A DNA stretch of 64,000 bases from an uncultured Methanomicrobiales archaeon (GCA_963758915.1 CAVWXH010000003.1:377906-441905); one strand, 5' to 3'; shown: positions 20,158-29,823, numbered from the stretch's first letter. Notes: generated by a model from the sequence alone, not told the origin. Translations and numbers: made by a program.

Positions 20158-20299
20158 ATCATGAGCTGGGTAGCCGGACGCTATTACGGTATTGGTTTTA
20201 TTAGAATCCGGACCCTGAAACAGTCCCCCGTCAACAAAACCTCCATGCGGTCATTTTTTGCTCCCGCGTATTCGTGACGCTGCCTTTGACAACACAAGC

Positions 20300-20723
20300 C
20301 GGGTGCATTCTTCCGGGCCAAAACTCTACGAAGAGAGCATGATGCTCAATTCGGCCGGTGCTGCTGCTTCCGGTGTAACCTGTGGCGCAGAATCACCCGA
20401 TGCAGAGGGTGCGAACTTCACCGCTACGCCCTACTGCGAGACGGTGATCACGAGATCACTGTTCATGGCTGACGACCTGGCGTATCGATCGGTTGGATCT
20501 ATTAACCAGGCAGATCTGGAGGTCCCGGACACGTTTACCTTCACGGCAATAGGTTCAGGTGCGGGAATGGGATCGATGAGCTTCGGTTCGGGGAGTCTGT
20601 CGGGAATTGGTACTACGAGTGAGCCCGGTTATATGAACTGCTATCGGTAAGGACCTCATGGCCAGCGGCCGGTTCAACATCGGTGAGGACGTGCGGTGGA
20701 CGTCGTTCTCGAAGACCGATTGA
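20300..20723 (+). pseudogene. 5'-truncated remnant of a secreted beta-rich protein, possibly a distant Msp relative
   Basis: YEESMMLNSAG...VTCG...PYCETV...; internal stop at 20648, then DLMASGRFNIGEDVRWTSFSKTD*; no start or signal peptide. Confidence 0.5.
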
Positions 20724-20802
20724 TAGGGGGGAATAAACCCGGATTTTTATACCAGCTCTCTTTTTTTGGAGTAGTGCTGAATATCTACCAAAGTGAACGA
20801 TA

Positions 20803-20983
20803 ATGGCCGAAAAAAAGAAATGCGAGTACCTGTGAAAAAGACGCCATCGGGTACCAGGGATACGGGTGTTGCGCTGCCTATGTATGCCTGGACCATGCCG
20901 ACAGGTTTGTTCTTGACCTTAAACCCGGGGAAAAACTGATATCCGGCGAATGTTACTTCGAGCGGTTCGATAACCCGGATTAA
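20803..20983 (+). CDS. Cys-rich micro-protein (about 59 aa) with a 1-nt frameshift
   Basis: MAEKKKCEY/CEKDAIGYQGYGCCAAYVCLDHADRFVLDLKPGEKLISGECYFERFDNPD*; one extra C near 20830. Confidence 0.65.
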
Positions 20984-21075
20984 ACCGTATTACAATAATC
21001 ACCGGTATTGCTGCGATATGGGCATATAATTCAAAAGAGTATACATTTTTAACCGTTGGGAGATACTGACTCACC

Positions 21076-21543
21076 ATGAAGAACTACCTGGTACTTCCTG
21101 TCACTGTTGCCCTTGTCGCGGCAATAGTGGCTGGCTGTATCAGTCCGGTAAAACAGGAACAGTCCATCGTTACGCCGACGCATACCCCGCAAGTGTCTGC
21201 GACTACCGCACTACCAACCCCTGGAACCGTTATTACTCCGGCAGATCCCCACGAACCGATAATTGGTACCTGGCGATACAACGATTCATCCGGTATTGAC
21301 GATCGGTATGAGTTTGATTCACATTTTCGCTATAAAGAAAGTGTATATTCACCGAGAGCACAACGGACGCAGGTACAATATGGGTCCTGGTACCCTAATT
21401 CCTACAATTCATACGAACTAAGTTCTACCTATTACGGAATCCACACGATATTACTCTACGACCGGGAAAAAGATGTCATTTACGATACGAAATATCCATC
21501 GGCACTCTTTTCCCGCTACCAGGGAGGTGCAGTTCCGAAATAG
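21076..21543 (+). CDS. Lipoprotein with a small beta domain
   Basis: Lipobox VAGC; Thr/Pro linker; PIIGTW...YGSW. Confidence 0.82.
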   Translation: MKNYLVLPVTVALVAAIVAGCISPVKQEQSIVTPTHTPQVSATTALPTPGTVITPADPHEPIIGTWRYNDSSGIDDRYEFDSHFRYKESVYSPRAQRTQVQYGSWYPNSYNSYELSSTYYGIHTILLYDREKDVIYDTKYPSALFSRYQGGAVPK

Positions 21544-21637
21544 CCAATGGACACAATTTCTGATTTTCTAAATAATCAAATTACCCGGACACCCTTGTAA
21601 GGTCTTGGATTGTTGCGATTTGATGATTGCATAATAA

Positions 21638-21726
21638 CAGATATATTTATTTGATCAATATAACTCAAAGGCAGATTATCGGGGGGTACTTTAGAGCATC
21701 CTCCTATATCTAACGGAGTGAGTGAT
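21638..21726 (+). promoter_or_regulatory. Conserved msp leader: TATA, hairpin and SD (copy A)
   Basis: ATATATTTAT; GGGGGGTAC...GCATCCTCC at 21681-21704; CGGAGTGA before TTG. Confidence 0.6.
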
Positions 21727-22816
21727 TTGAAGCTTAGTAAATTAGGGGTTATTACGCTCTTATTATTCGGAATGGTCATTGCATTGACCGGTATCGTGTG
21801 CGCAGATCAGCCGGTCCCGGCAGTACCGGAAACACAAACTCTTGTCGACGGTAACTACTGCGGATGTTGTCGGACTCGCCATGGAGACTGATGCGGGGGC
21901 ATGGACGTTGACGAATGATCCCTGGGTCACGGTATACCATACACTGTCCACCCGGCTGGGTCACGAAACACCTGATGCTTAGCTAATGCAGATCGACGAT
22001 TATAATGCCGGAGGATTAATCGCGGCTAGGCGGAAGGCTCATCAATGAGGTATTCAAATTATTATTCCATCAATCGCTGCTAAACGTTGCAACAGTTGCA
22101 TGATCCAGACTCGTATACATGGGGGGATTTTGTCTCTAATCTTGTAGGACTGGGAGTCGACCCGACTTATTTACGGTGAAGGCATCCACACAGGCGCCCT
22201 CGACCCCGGGCAGGTCCAGTACACCACCGCCTATGACGCAGATATCGTCGCACAGGCAGGACACACCGTATTCACAAAAAGCATGAACATCGACACCCGG
22301 AACAAGGTCATTTCCCAGTCCAACCTGGATGCAAAGACCGGATTAACCTTTGCTGCAACCGCTGACGGGGGAAATGTGGTCGGTTCAGAGAACATCATGA
22401 TCGACGGTGCAGGCATACTACCACCGCAGCAAGTGACCGGATGCTCTGTCCGTTCTCAGCCTACCCCGTCGATATAATTCCGGCATACTGTAACATCGTC
22501 CAGGCTGGCAGCAAGTACGACCTGACGATTGGATCGGTGACAACCAATGCGAACGACCCGGTTCGTCGGCACTGATGCAACCAACCCGGTTGTCCTGAAC
22601 TATGATATCAGTGTCAAACCATACGGCACGTCACAGGGACAGATCCTGGCAAGCGGCTCGGCAATGGCTTACATCAAAGCACACATCCAGGAAGCCCGGG
22701 TAAACGGAACAGCAAAGGCTGAAGACATGGTATACAATGAGCAGTCAAGTGCACAGGGTACCATCACCGCCTTCACCAAGGTGATCGCGTACCAGTCAGG
22801 CAAGTCATTGCTCTGA
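21727..22816 (+). pseudogene. MspA/sheath-like paralog A (multiple frameshifts)
   Basis: LKLSKLGVITLLLFGMV..CADQPVPAVPETQ; GIHTGALDPGQVQYTT; ends YQSGKSLL*; indels concentrated in the variable insert. Confidence 0.75.
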
Positions 22817-22924
22817 TTTATACTCTCAAAAAATACTTTTTTTTAGCAGATTCTTTAAGGAGAGAACAAGATAAGGTACCATGTTAAAAGCAGGTATTGT
22901 TGCGATACAACAATTCCGATAAAA

Positions 22925-23006
22925 GATACTTTTATTATCCGACAACTAAAAGGCAGATTATTTGGGGGGTACTTAATGCATCCTCCTGTTATACGGAGTG
23001 AACGAT
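22925..23006 (+). promoter_or_regulatory. Conserved msp leader (copy B)
   Basis: TTTTATT; GGGGGGTAC-TTAAT-GCATCCTCC at 22964-22986; CGGAGTGA before ATG 23007. Confidence 0.55.
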
Positions 23007-23861
23007 ATGAAGCATAGTAAATTTGGGGTTATTACGCTCTTATTATTCGGAATGGTCATTGTATTGACCGGTATCGTGTGCGCAGATCAGCCAGTCCCGG
23101 CTAGTTCCGGAAACACAGGTGCTAGCGACGGTAACAACTGCGGATGTTGTCGGACTCGCCATGGAGACTGATGCAGGGGATGGACGATGACGAACAGCGG
23201 GGAAATATGATACCGTGAGTGGAACAGCGGCCTGTGTTAGAAATTTTAACGTGATGAAAGGCAAGTACTCGGCGAAGTTAATTGCACTCGTCAACTCGAC
23301 CGGAATTATGAGTAGTCTTGCAGTGCCAAATTGATGCTGAATCAGGAGTTTAGGATTGAAGACAAGCAGGTTATTCAAGTGCAGAGGTCTGACCAAATGA
23401 TGCATTAGACTATAGCAAAGGGATCGCAATGAGGCATCAGTATGCGAAGTCCACTATACAACCGCATATGATGCAAATATAGTTGCACAGGGTGGACATA
23501 CTGATTACAAGAGATGAAATCGAACCGGAACAAGGTGATTTCACAGTCCAACCTGATGCAAAGACGCTTAACCTTCGCTGCAACTGCTGACGGGGTAATG
23601 TGTCGGATCAGAAAACCTGATGATTGACGGTGCAGGTAATCACACCAGCATCAGAAGATGCTCTGTCCATTTAGTAGCCGTGATGTATTCTGTATTGAAA
23701 TGTAGGAAGAGATGATGAATGTTAGTAAAATGAAATGAAGTTATAGTTCTGATGAAAATGGTCTGAATAATATAGTGTAAAATACGACTTACAAAATGAA
23801 GGTGAATGGATATAAAGAAATAGAAGGTTATAAAACAGTCTACAAGCAATCACTCCTGTGA
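23007..23861 (+). pseudogene. MspA/sheath-like paralog B, heavily garbled
   Basis: Intact N-terminus MKHSKFGVITLLLFGMV..ADQPVP; recognisable YTTAYDANIVAQGGH and ENLMIDGAG; ends CAATCACTCCTGTGA like the E stop context. Confidence 0.65.
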
Positions 23862-24043
23862 GAAAAACACCTGCAATTCTATTTTTTAACGATTCAATCA
23901 AAAGGAGAAATGAATACCCGGCACCCTTAGTATTACGAAAAGGATCCTAAAAACCTTACATTGCCCCTAAAAAGAGACGGTAAGTTAAGGCGAATAGCCT
24001 CCTTTATTTGTTTATCCGTTATTAGACAGGGTTGTCACAAAGG

Positions 24044-24457
24044 ATGATGGAAGAGATAGTAATTGCACCATGCGGGATGAACTGTGCACTATGCATGGCA
24101 TATCTTCGGGATAACAATAAATGTCCTGGTTGCAGGGAAGAGAGTCTGAATAAATCAAAAAGTCGCTCAAATTGTATGATTAAAAACTGTGACGAATTAA
24201 AAAATAACAATTATAACTACTGTTTTTCATGTGCACAATTTCCCTGTGCCAGAATAAAACATCTGGATAAACGATATCGCACAAAATACCTGATGAGTAT
24301 GATTGAAAATCTTGAACATATCAATAAATCGGGCATTCGGGATTTTATCGAAAATGAACAGGTAAGATGGACTTGTTCTGAATGTGGAGGCACTATCTGC
24401 GTGCATCAAGGGTATTGCTATTCCTGCGGTACAAAGAAACAGGTGCTCGGTTTATAG
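24044..24457 (+). CDS. DUF3795-type Cys-rich protein
   Basis: IAPCGMNCALC, CPGC, CMIKNC, CFSCAQFPC, CSECGG...CYSC. Confidence 0.88.
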   Translation: MMEEIVIAPCGMNCALCMAYLRDNNKCPGCREESLNKSKSRSNCMIKNCDELKNNNYNYCFSCAQFPCARIKHLDKRYRTKYLMSMIENLEHINKSGIRDFIENEQVRWTCSECGGTICVHQGYCYSCGTKKQVLGL

Positions 24458-24515
24458 GGTAAATAACCTGGTTGAACCAATGAAAAAGACCACGGGAGAG
24501 GGCTGGAAACATCAC

Positions 24516-24884
24516 ATGAAACGATATTCTCATTGTTGTCTGCTGGTAATCCTGCTGATGGTTACTATCACGGTGTCTGCGGGTTGCATCTCGAACACAT
24601 CGTCGTATGATTTTACCATGAAACGGGTTGTTGCGGTAGAAAAAGGCGGGTACTTTGAAGATATTCCCATGAGGCTTGATTTAAAAGGGAATAATATTGC
24701 CTGTGTATACGAAAAAAATCAGCCATCCGGTTCGGAAAAGTGTGGGACCTATACCATTACGGGTAACGAATTACGCTTTGACATACCAGGTAACCAGATG
24801 TACGGAGGGTATATTCTTGAAAACGGAGATATTTCGTTACTGGACTGGAGTACGCAGGAATATATCGTCATGAAAAAAGTCTGA
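24516..24884 (+). CDS. Lipoprotein with a small beta domain
   Basis: MKRYSHCCLLVILLMVTITVSAGC lipobox; GTYTITGNELRF. Confidence 0.78.
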   Translation: MKRYSHCCLLVILLMVTITVSAGCISNTSSYDFTMKRVVAVEKGGYFEDIPMRLDLKGNNIACVYEKNQPSGSEKCGTYTITGNELRFDIPGNQMYGGYILENGDISLLDWSTQEYIVMKKV

Positions 24885-24954
24885 AAAACAGCCAGGGATT
24901 ATCCGGCTGTATGGTTAGGTCTTCCGGGATTGTTTTGATACAGTTGCATAAATA

Positions 24955-25043
24955 GAGATATATTTATTAATCAATATGACCCAAAAGTCAAATTACTGGG
25001 GGCTGTTTTTTGGGTATCCTCCACATCTGACGGAGTGAGTGAT
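24955..25043 (+). promoter_or_regulatory. Conserved msp leader (copy C)
   Basis: ATATATTTATT; TGGGGG...TCCTCCA at 24997-25023; CGGAGTGA before TTG 25044. Confidence 0.55.
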
Positions 25044-25927
25044 TTGAAGATTAGTAAATTCGGGGTTATTGCGCTCTTACTATTCGGAATGGTCATTGTA
25101 TTGACTGGTATCGTGTGCGCAGATCAGCCGGTCCCGGCAGTCCCGGAGACACAAACGCTTTCGACGACAACGACTGCGGATGTTGTCGGGATTACCATGG
25201 AAACCGATGCCGGGGCATGGACGACCACATCCAGCGGGCAGGCAATGTACATACTCACAATGCCCGCAGGTGGAGCACCTGCCCCCTTCACTCAGGGTAT
25301 GTTAAACCAGTTAGTGGCTGGTGGAGGTCACTATATACTTTATCCCGGACTGACGCCCCCATGGGTAACAAGCGTATCCATTCCCCAATCTCTGTTAAAT
25401 CAACAGATTGTTGATAATCCTTCGGGAACAACATGGCAGGATCTGGTTGAACTCTATGAAGTTATTGGATGGAGTGAGGCCTTCGCCAAAGGTGGATTAC
25501 ATACCGGAGCATTGGACCCGGGCGAAGTCCGTTACACCACCGCCTATGATGCAAATATCGTCGCACAGGCAGGACACACCGTATTGACAAAAAGTATGAA
25601 CATCGACACCCGGAACAAGGTCATTGCGCAGTCCAACCTGAATGCAAAGACCGGACTTAACCTTTGCTGCAACCGCTGACGGCGGTAACGTCGTTGGTTC
25701 AGAAAACCTCATGATCGACGGTGCAGGTAACTGGACTACACCAGCATCAGATCGTATGCTCTGTCCGTTCTCCGCATACCCGGTCGATGTAATTCCGGCG
25801 TACTGCAACATCGTCCAGGCGGCAGCAAGTATGACCTGACCATGGATCAGTGACCACCAATGCAAACGATCGGTTCGTCGGGAGTGAGCAACCAACCCGT
25901 GTCCTGAAGTATGCGATCAATGTCAAG
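25044..25927 (+). pseudogene. MspA/sheath-like paralog C, interrupted at its 3' end by an inverted segment
   Basis: Open for about 205 codons with a complete variable insert; frameshifts near 25660 and 25820; homology stops at ...INVK (25927). Confidence 0.8.
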
Positions 25928-26212
25928 TTACGTTGCAGATCGAGCGGAACCTGGAAATAAAAGGGGGTCATTGCTGACCTCATGGCTCCTTTCCCTGGGC
26001 CCGGTCAAGGGGCACTGTACTATGTTGATGAGGACAGGGTTATAGGATGGGACCCGATCACCCTCCAAAAATAGTGTATTTTTGAGTATTCAGAGGAGCG
26101 ATTTCCCTGACGGGTACGCGATCACCTTGGTGAAGGCGGTTATGGTTCCCTGTGCACTTGACTGCTCGTAATAGACTAAGTCCTCATCCTTTGCCGTTCC
26201 GTTCACCCGGGG
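25928..26212 (-). other. Inverted msp 3' end plus its downstream region
   Basis: Reverse complement reads RVNGTAKDEDLVYYEQSSAQGTITAFTKVIAYPSGKSLL*, then about 165 nt homologous but not identical to 28032-28194. Confidence 0.85.
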
Positions 26213-26213
26213 T

Positions 26214-26696
26214 TGCAAAGACCGGATTAACCTTTGCTGCAACCTCCGATGGGGGCAATGTCGTGGGATCAGAGAACATCATGATTGACGGTGCAGGAAC
26301 AAACACAACTGCATCCGATCGGATGCTCTGTCGTTTTCAGCATACCCAGTCGATATAATTCCTGCATACTGTAACATCGTCCAGGCTGGAAGTAAGTACG
26401 ACCTGACGATTGGATCGGTGACAACCAATGCGAACACCCGGTTCGTCGGCACTGATGCAACCAACCCGGTTGTCCTGAACTACGATATAAGCGTCAAGCC
26501 ATACGGCACGTCACAGGGACAGATCCTGGCAAGCGGCTCTGCAATGGCATACCTCAAAGCACACATCCAGGAAGCCCGTGGAAACGGAACGGCAAAGGCT
26601 GAAGACCTGGTATACAATGAGCAGTCAAGTGCACAGGGTACGATAACGGCCTTCACCAAGGTGATTGCGTACCAGTCAGGGAAGGCACTGCTCTGA
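26214..26696 (+). pseudogene. MspA/sheath-like paralog D, 5'-truncated C-terminal half
   Basis: AKTGLTFAATSDGGNVVGSEN...YQSGKALL*; near-identical to the 3' part of copy A. Confidence 0.8.
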
Positions 26697-26803
26697 TTTT
26701 ATACTCTCAAAAAATACTTTTTTCGCGATTTTTTAAAGGGGAAACGAAATCCGGCCCCATTCTTGAAAGTCAGGTATTGTAACGAAACCGCGATCCTGAT
26801 AGA

Positions 26804-26888
26804 GAAACCTTTATTGTCCGACACTCCCAAAAGCCAAATTATTTGGGGGGTACTGAATGCATCCTCCAATTCTAACGGAGTGAGTGAT
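26804..26888 (+). promoter_or_regulatory. Conserved msp leader (copy E)
   Basis: TTTATT; TTGGGGGGTAC-TGAAT-GCATCCTCCAA at 26843-26869; CGGAGTGA before TTG 26889. Confidence 0.6.
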
Positions 26889-28031
26889 TTGAAGCTTGGT
26901 AAACTAGGGGTTATTACGCTCTTATTATTCGGAATGGTCATTGGATTAACAGGTATCATGTGCGCAGACCAGCCGGTACCGGCAGTCCCGGAGACACAAA
27001 CGCTAGGGACAGTAACTACTGCGGATGTTGTCGGAATTGCCATGGAAACTGATGCTGGGGCATGGACATTGACGAACAGCGGTGAAACGATGTATACCGT
27101 GACTGCGACTTCGACTAGTGATGTGGTAAAAATCCTTAATGATGATGAAATAACTCAGCTCCTCGCTGCGGGAGGAAGTGTTATCCTCGTACCGGGATCC
27201 GATCGCACCGCTAGTATTTCAGTGCCAGAATCGCTTTTAAACCAGCTTTTGGTTGGTAGTAGTTGGCAGACTTGGGCATATATTCTTGCCATAGCAGTCA
27301 GTGATGGAGGTTATGTATTGACAACTGCCCCGGGTGGGATCCATAACGGGGTCCTGAGTCCCGCCCAGATCCAGTACACCACCGCGTATGATGCCAATAT
27401 TGTGGCACAAGCGGGGCACACAGTCCTTACTAAGAGCATGAACATCAACACGGGTAACAAGGTGCTCACCCAGTCCAACCTGAAAGCCCAGACTGGATTA
27501 ACCTATATTGCTACTTCCGATGGAGGTAATGTAGTCGGTTCAGAAAACCTGATGATTGACGGTGCGGGAAATACAACCAAGGCATCTGATCGGATGCTCT
27601 GTCCATTTAGTTCCCAGCCGGTTGATGTCATCCCTGCCTATTGCAATATTATCCAGACCGGCAATACATACGACCTGACAGTCGGATCTGTTACCTCAAC
27701 GATGAGCGAGCGTTTTGTCAGCTCCGATGCCACCAACCCGGTGCAGCTTGACCAGGTATTCAATGTTAAGCCATACGGTACCACCGAAAGGGCAATTCCG
27801 GCGATGGGTGCAACATCTGTGTACATTAAAGCCCATTTCCAGGAAGCACGAAATTACAACAATATAACCGTGGTCGTGCTTCCTGATGGTAGTCCTGGAG
27901 CAACTTTTGCAATCCCCGGCACACCGCTTAAGAGCGAAGACCTCACCTACTCTGAAACATCAAGTGCACAGGGTACCATTCTGGCCTTTACCAAGGTTAT
28001 AGCGTACCAGTCTGGGAAATCACTCCTCTGA
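26889..28031 (+). CDS. MspA/sheath-like paralog E (intact, 380 aa)
   Basis: Signal peptide; variable insert; LCPF...IPAYCNI Cys pair; QEAR; FTKVIAYQSGKSLL*; pattern matches my recollection of Methanospirillum sheath proteins. Confidence 0.82.
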   Translation: MKLGKLGVITLLLFGMVIGLTGIMCADQPVPAVPETQTLGTVTTADVVGIAMETDAGAWTLTNSGETMYTVTATSTSDVVKILNDDEITQLLAAGGSVILVPGSDRTASISVPESLLNQLLVGSSWQTWAYILAIAVSDGGYVLTTAPGGIHNGVLSPAQIQYTTAYDANIVAQAGHTVLTKSMNINTGNKVLTQSNLKAQTGLTYIATSDGGNVVGSENLMIDGAGNTTKASDRMLCPFSSQPVDVIPAYCNIIQTGNTYDLTVGSVTSTMSERFVSSDATNPVQLDQVFNVKPYGTTERAIPAMGATSVYIKAHFQEARNYNNITVVVLPDGSPGATFAIPGTPLKSEDLTYSETSSAQGTILAFTKVIAYQSGKSLL

Positions 28032-28397
28032 ATCACTCAAGAATGCACTATTTTTTTTAGGGTGGCTTTGCTCCATCCTATAACCTTGTCCTCATCAACA
28101 TAGTACATGCCCCTTCACCGGGGCCAGGGAAAGGAGCCATGGGGTCAGCAATGACCCCCTTTTATTTTCAGGTTCCGCTGGATCTGCAACGTAATGATTG
28201 CATACTGGAATGAATTTTTTTACCACCAGAACAGATACACCGTAGTTCCCCGGTCATATCGGACTCGAAGGAAAGATCCTCTGCCAGGAGGCAAACTGTG
28301 CAGCCGCCTACCCGGTGCCGGAAAACGGCAATGCAGCCCGGGCATGTTCGTTCATTGACAAGGCATTTTTAAAGGGTCCAGGTGTAAACCTCCGTTG

Positions 28398-28614
28398 AGT
28401 GTCTGGGGATAGTTAAACCCAACCGGGGTCGCCACAGCGGCGGGCCATGAGCCCCGGGAGCGTTGGAAAATTAAGGAATAGTCCGAAACCGGTAAGAGCA
28501 TAGAAGAGGATTTCCCATGTAAATGCCTGAACGGACACCAATATGAAGAGATTTTGAATGTGGCATTTTCATTGTTCGGGTGTGGAAGTCCCGTTCATGT
28601 GTGTTTCTACAGAA
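28398..28614 (+). mobile_element. Partial MITE copy (right part)
   Basis: CAACCGGGGTCGCCACAGCGGCGGGCCATGAGCCCCGGGAGCGT core shared with 29722-29765; ends GTGTTTCTACAGAA like 42402-42415. Confidence 0.65.
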
Positions 28615-28675
28615 TAAAAAACCGGTTTGCTGGATGGTCTGATATGGTATGGTAACCTTAAAAGAGTTCGATTTT

Positions 28676-29296
28676 TCAATGTTTTCTTTTATCCCCCTTA
28701 ATTCGCCCGAGTTTAACGAGTGTCATATTTTTGTTATGTAATATATCTGAATTATTTGGATCCAACAGAAGTCCTTTCTCATACGATACAAGCGCTTCCT
28801 GATAATTCCCCTCTTTGAATAAATTATTTCCACTCTCTTTGCAGGAAATGGCTTCTGTTTTACATTCTTCTGAGATCCTGCTTTTTGGTACAATAAAATT
28901 ACGGCGTCCTATTTGAAGAAGGGCAAGTTCCAGGGCCCTGGCAAGTTTTTTCGGCGACGCGTTTTTTTCCCCTTCAATGGTGTATACCGAACGGTTGGAT
29001 GGCGTGAACCATGAAATAATAATGATATTTTCACCACCCGTTATCCGGGCCATTTGTGTTATTAAATCCAGGGAGTGCAGTCCTCCCGTTTCAATGTCGA
29101 CGATAAAATCAATGTAAAATGCGTCGGCAGCTGCCTGAGTCGGGTTGAGAATAATGTTATGACCCGCACACGACGATGTTGTGCAAATACCGGGTAAGGA
29201 GTTGAAGACATTTACCAGGAGTTTTATCCTGGGCTCAACCCCCTCTCTGGCGCATTCATCCTTCGCTTTTTTCTTCATGGAGTTGAATGATCGCAT
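28676..29296 (-). CDS. TYW3-like N-terminal domain fused to a TPR
   Basis: VEPRIKLLVNVFNSLPGICTTSSCAGH; KESGNNLFKEGNYQEALVSYEKGLLLDPNNSDILHNK. Confidence 0.75.
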   Translation of the reverse strand: MRSFNSMKKKAKDECAREGVEPRIKLLVNVFNSLPGICTTSSCAGHNIILNPTQAAADAFYIDFIVDIETGGLHSLDLITQMARITGGENIIIISWFTPSNRSVYTIEGEKNASPKKLARALELALLQIGRRNFIVPKSRISEECKTEAISCKESGNNLFKEGNYQEALVSYEKGLLLDPNNSDILHNKNMTLVKLGRIKGDKRKH

Positions 29297-29560
29297 GTGG
29301 TCATCACCTGTTTACAGGTATACTTAGATTCCTTCTTAACTGCTGCGATGGTTTGGAGAACCTGGTGCAATCACCTGCCTGTGGCATGATACAGAGATAA
29401 AAAGAATGAGGATGGTATTCTGAACCCGGAATGTCTTTTTTCACTTCTCTGGTTCATACTGAAAATCTGTCGGGGTATGAACCACCGGAGGGTGAAAACC
29501 CTTATCCCTGGTGTTTTTTCTTCAAGATATTCGAAATAATTGCGGTTTTCCCAATATTTC

Positions 29561-29823
29561 GGCTTTGTTGAAACTTTTTCGGTGTCATAACAAATAAGAG
29601 GGAAATACGAAGACAGGAGGGGTTTCACCCCCTCCCTGCCCGACCCCCATTGAGATATTCTTCGGGCAGGGTTTCCCGAAGGCTCATTAAAATTCAGAGT
29701 ATTGGGGGAGGGTCTCTATCTCAACCGGGGTCGCCAAAGCGGCGGGCCATGAGCCCCGGGAGCGTGATGAAATTATGGAATTCCCAATCTTCAAAATAGA
29801 TTTGAGAGGATTTGTACAGAGCC
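29561..29823 (+). mobile_element. 263-bp MITE with terminal inverted repeats and an 8-bp target-site duplication
   Basis: Ends GGCTTTGTTGAAA / TTTGTACAGAGCC; AATATTTC at both 29553-29560 and 29824-29831; no ORF. Confidence 0.85.

Noticed and set aside
19477-20277. Long antisense or overlapping ORFs (for example 605..1207, 19477..20277, 35608..36321, 41481..42194, 50808..51440)
   Set aside because: Shadow frames of well-supported genes in GC-rich coding DNA, with no recognisable motifs.
21727-28031. Diversity-generating retroelement explaining msp variability
   Set aside because: There is no reverse transcriptase and no TR/VR pair; differences include indels and all bases rather than adenine-specific changes.
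28045-28200. GGGGTCA-GCAA-TGACCCC hairpin as the msp terminator, or a small convergent ORF
   Set aside because: It lies over 100 nt past the T-run that follows the stop and within what looks like a decayed convergent gene end; neither reading is supportable.
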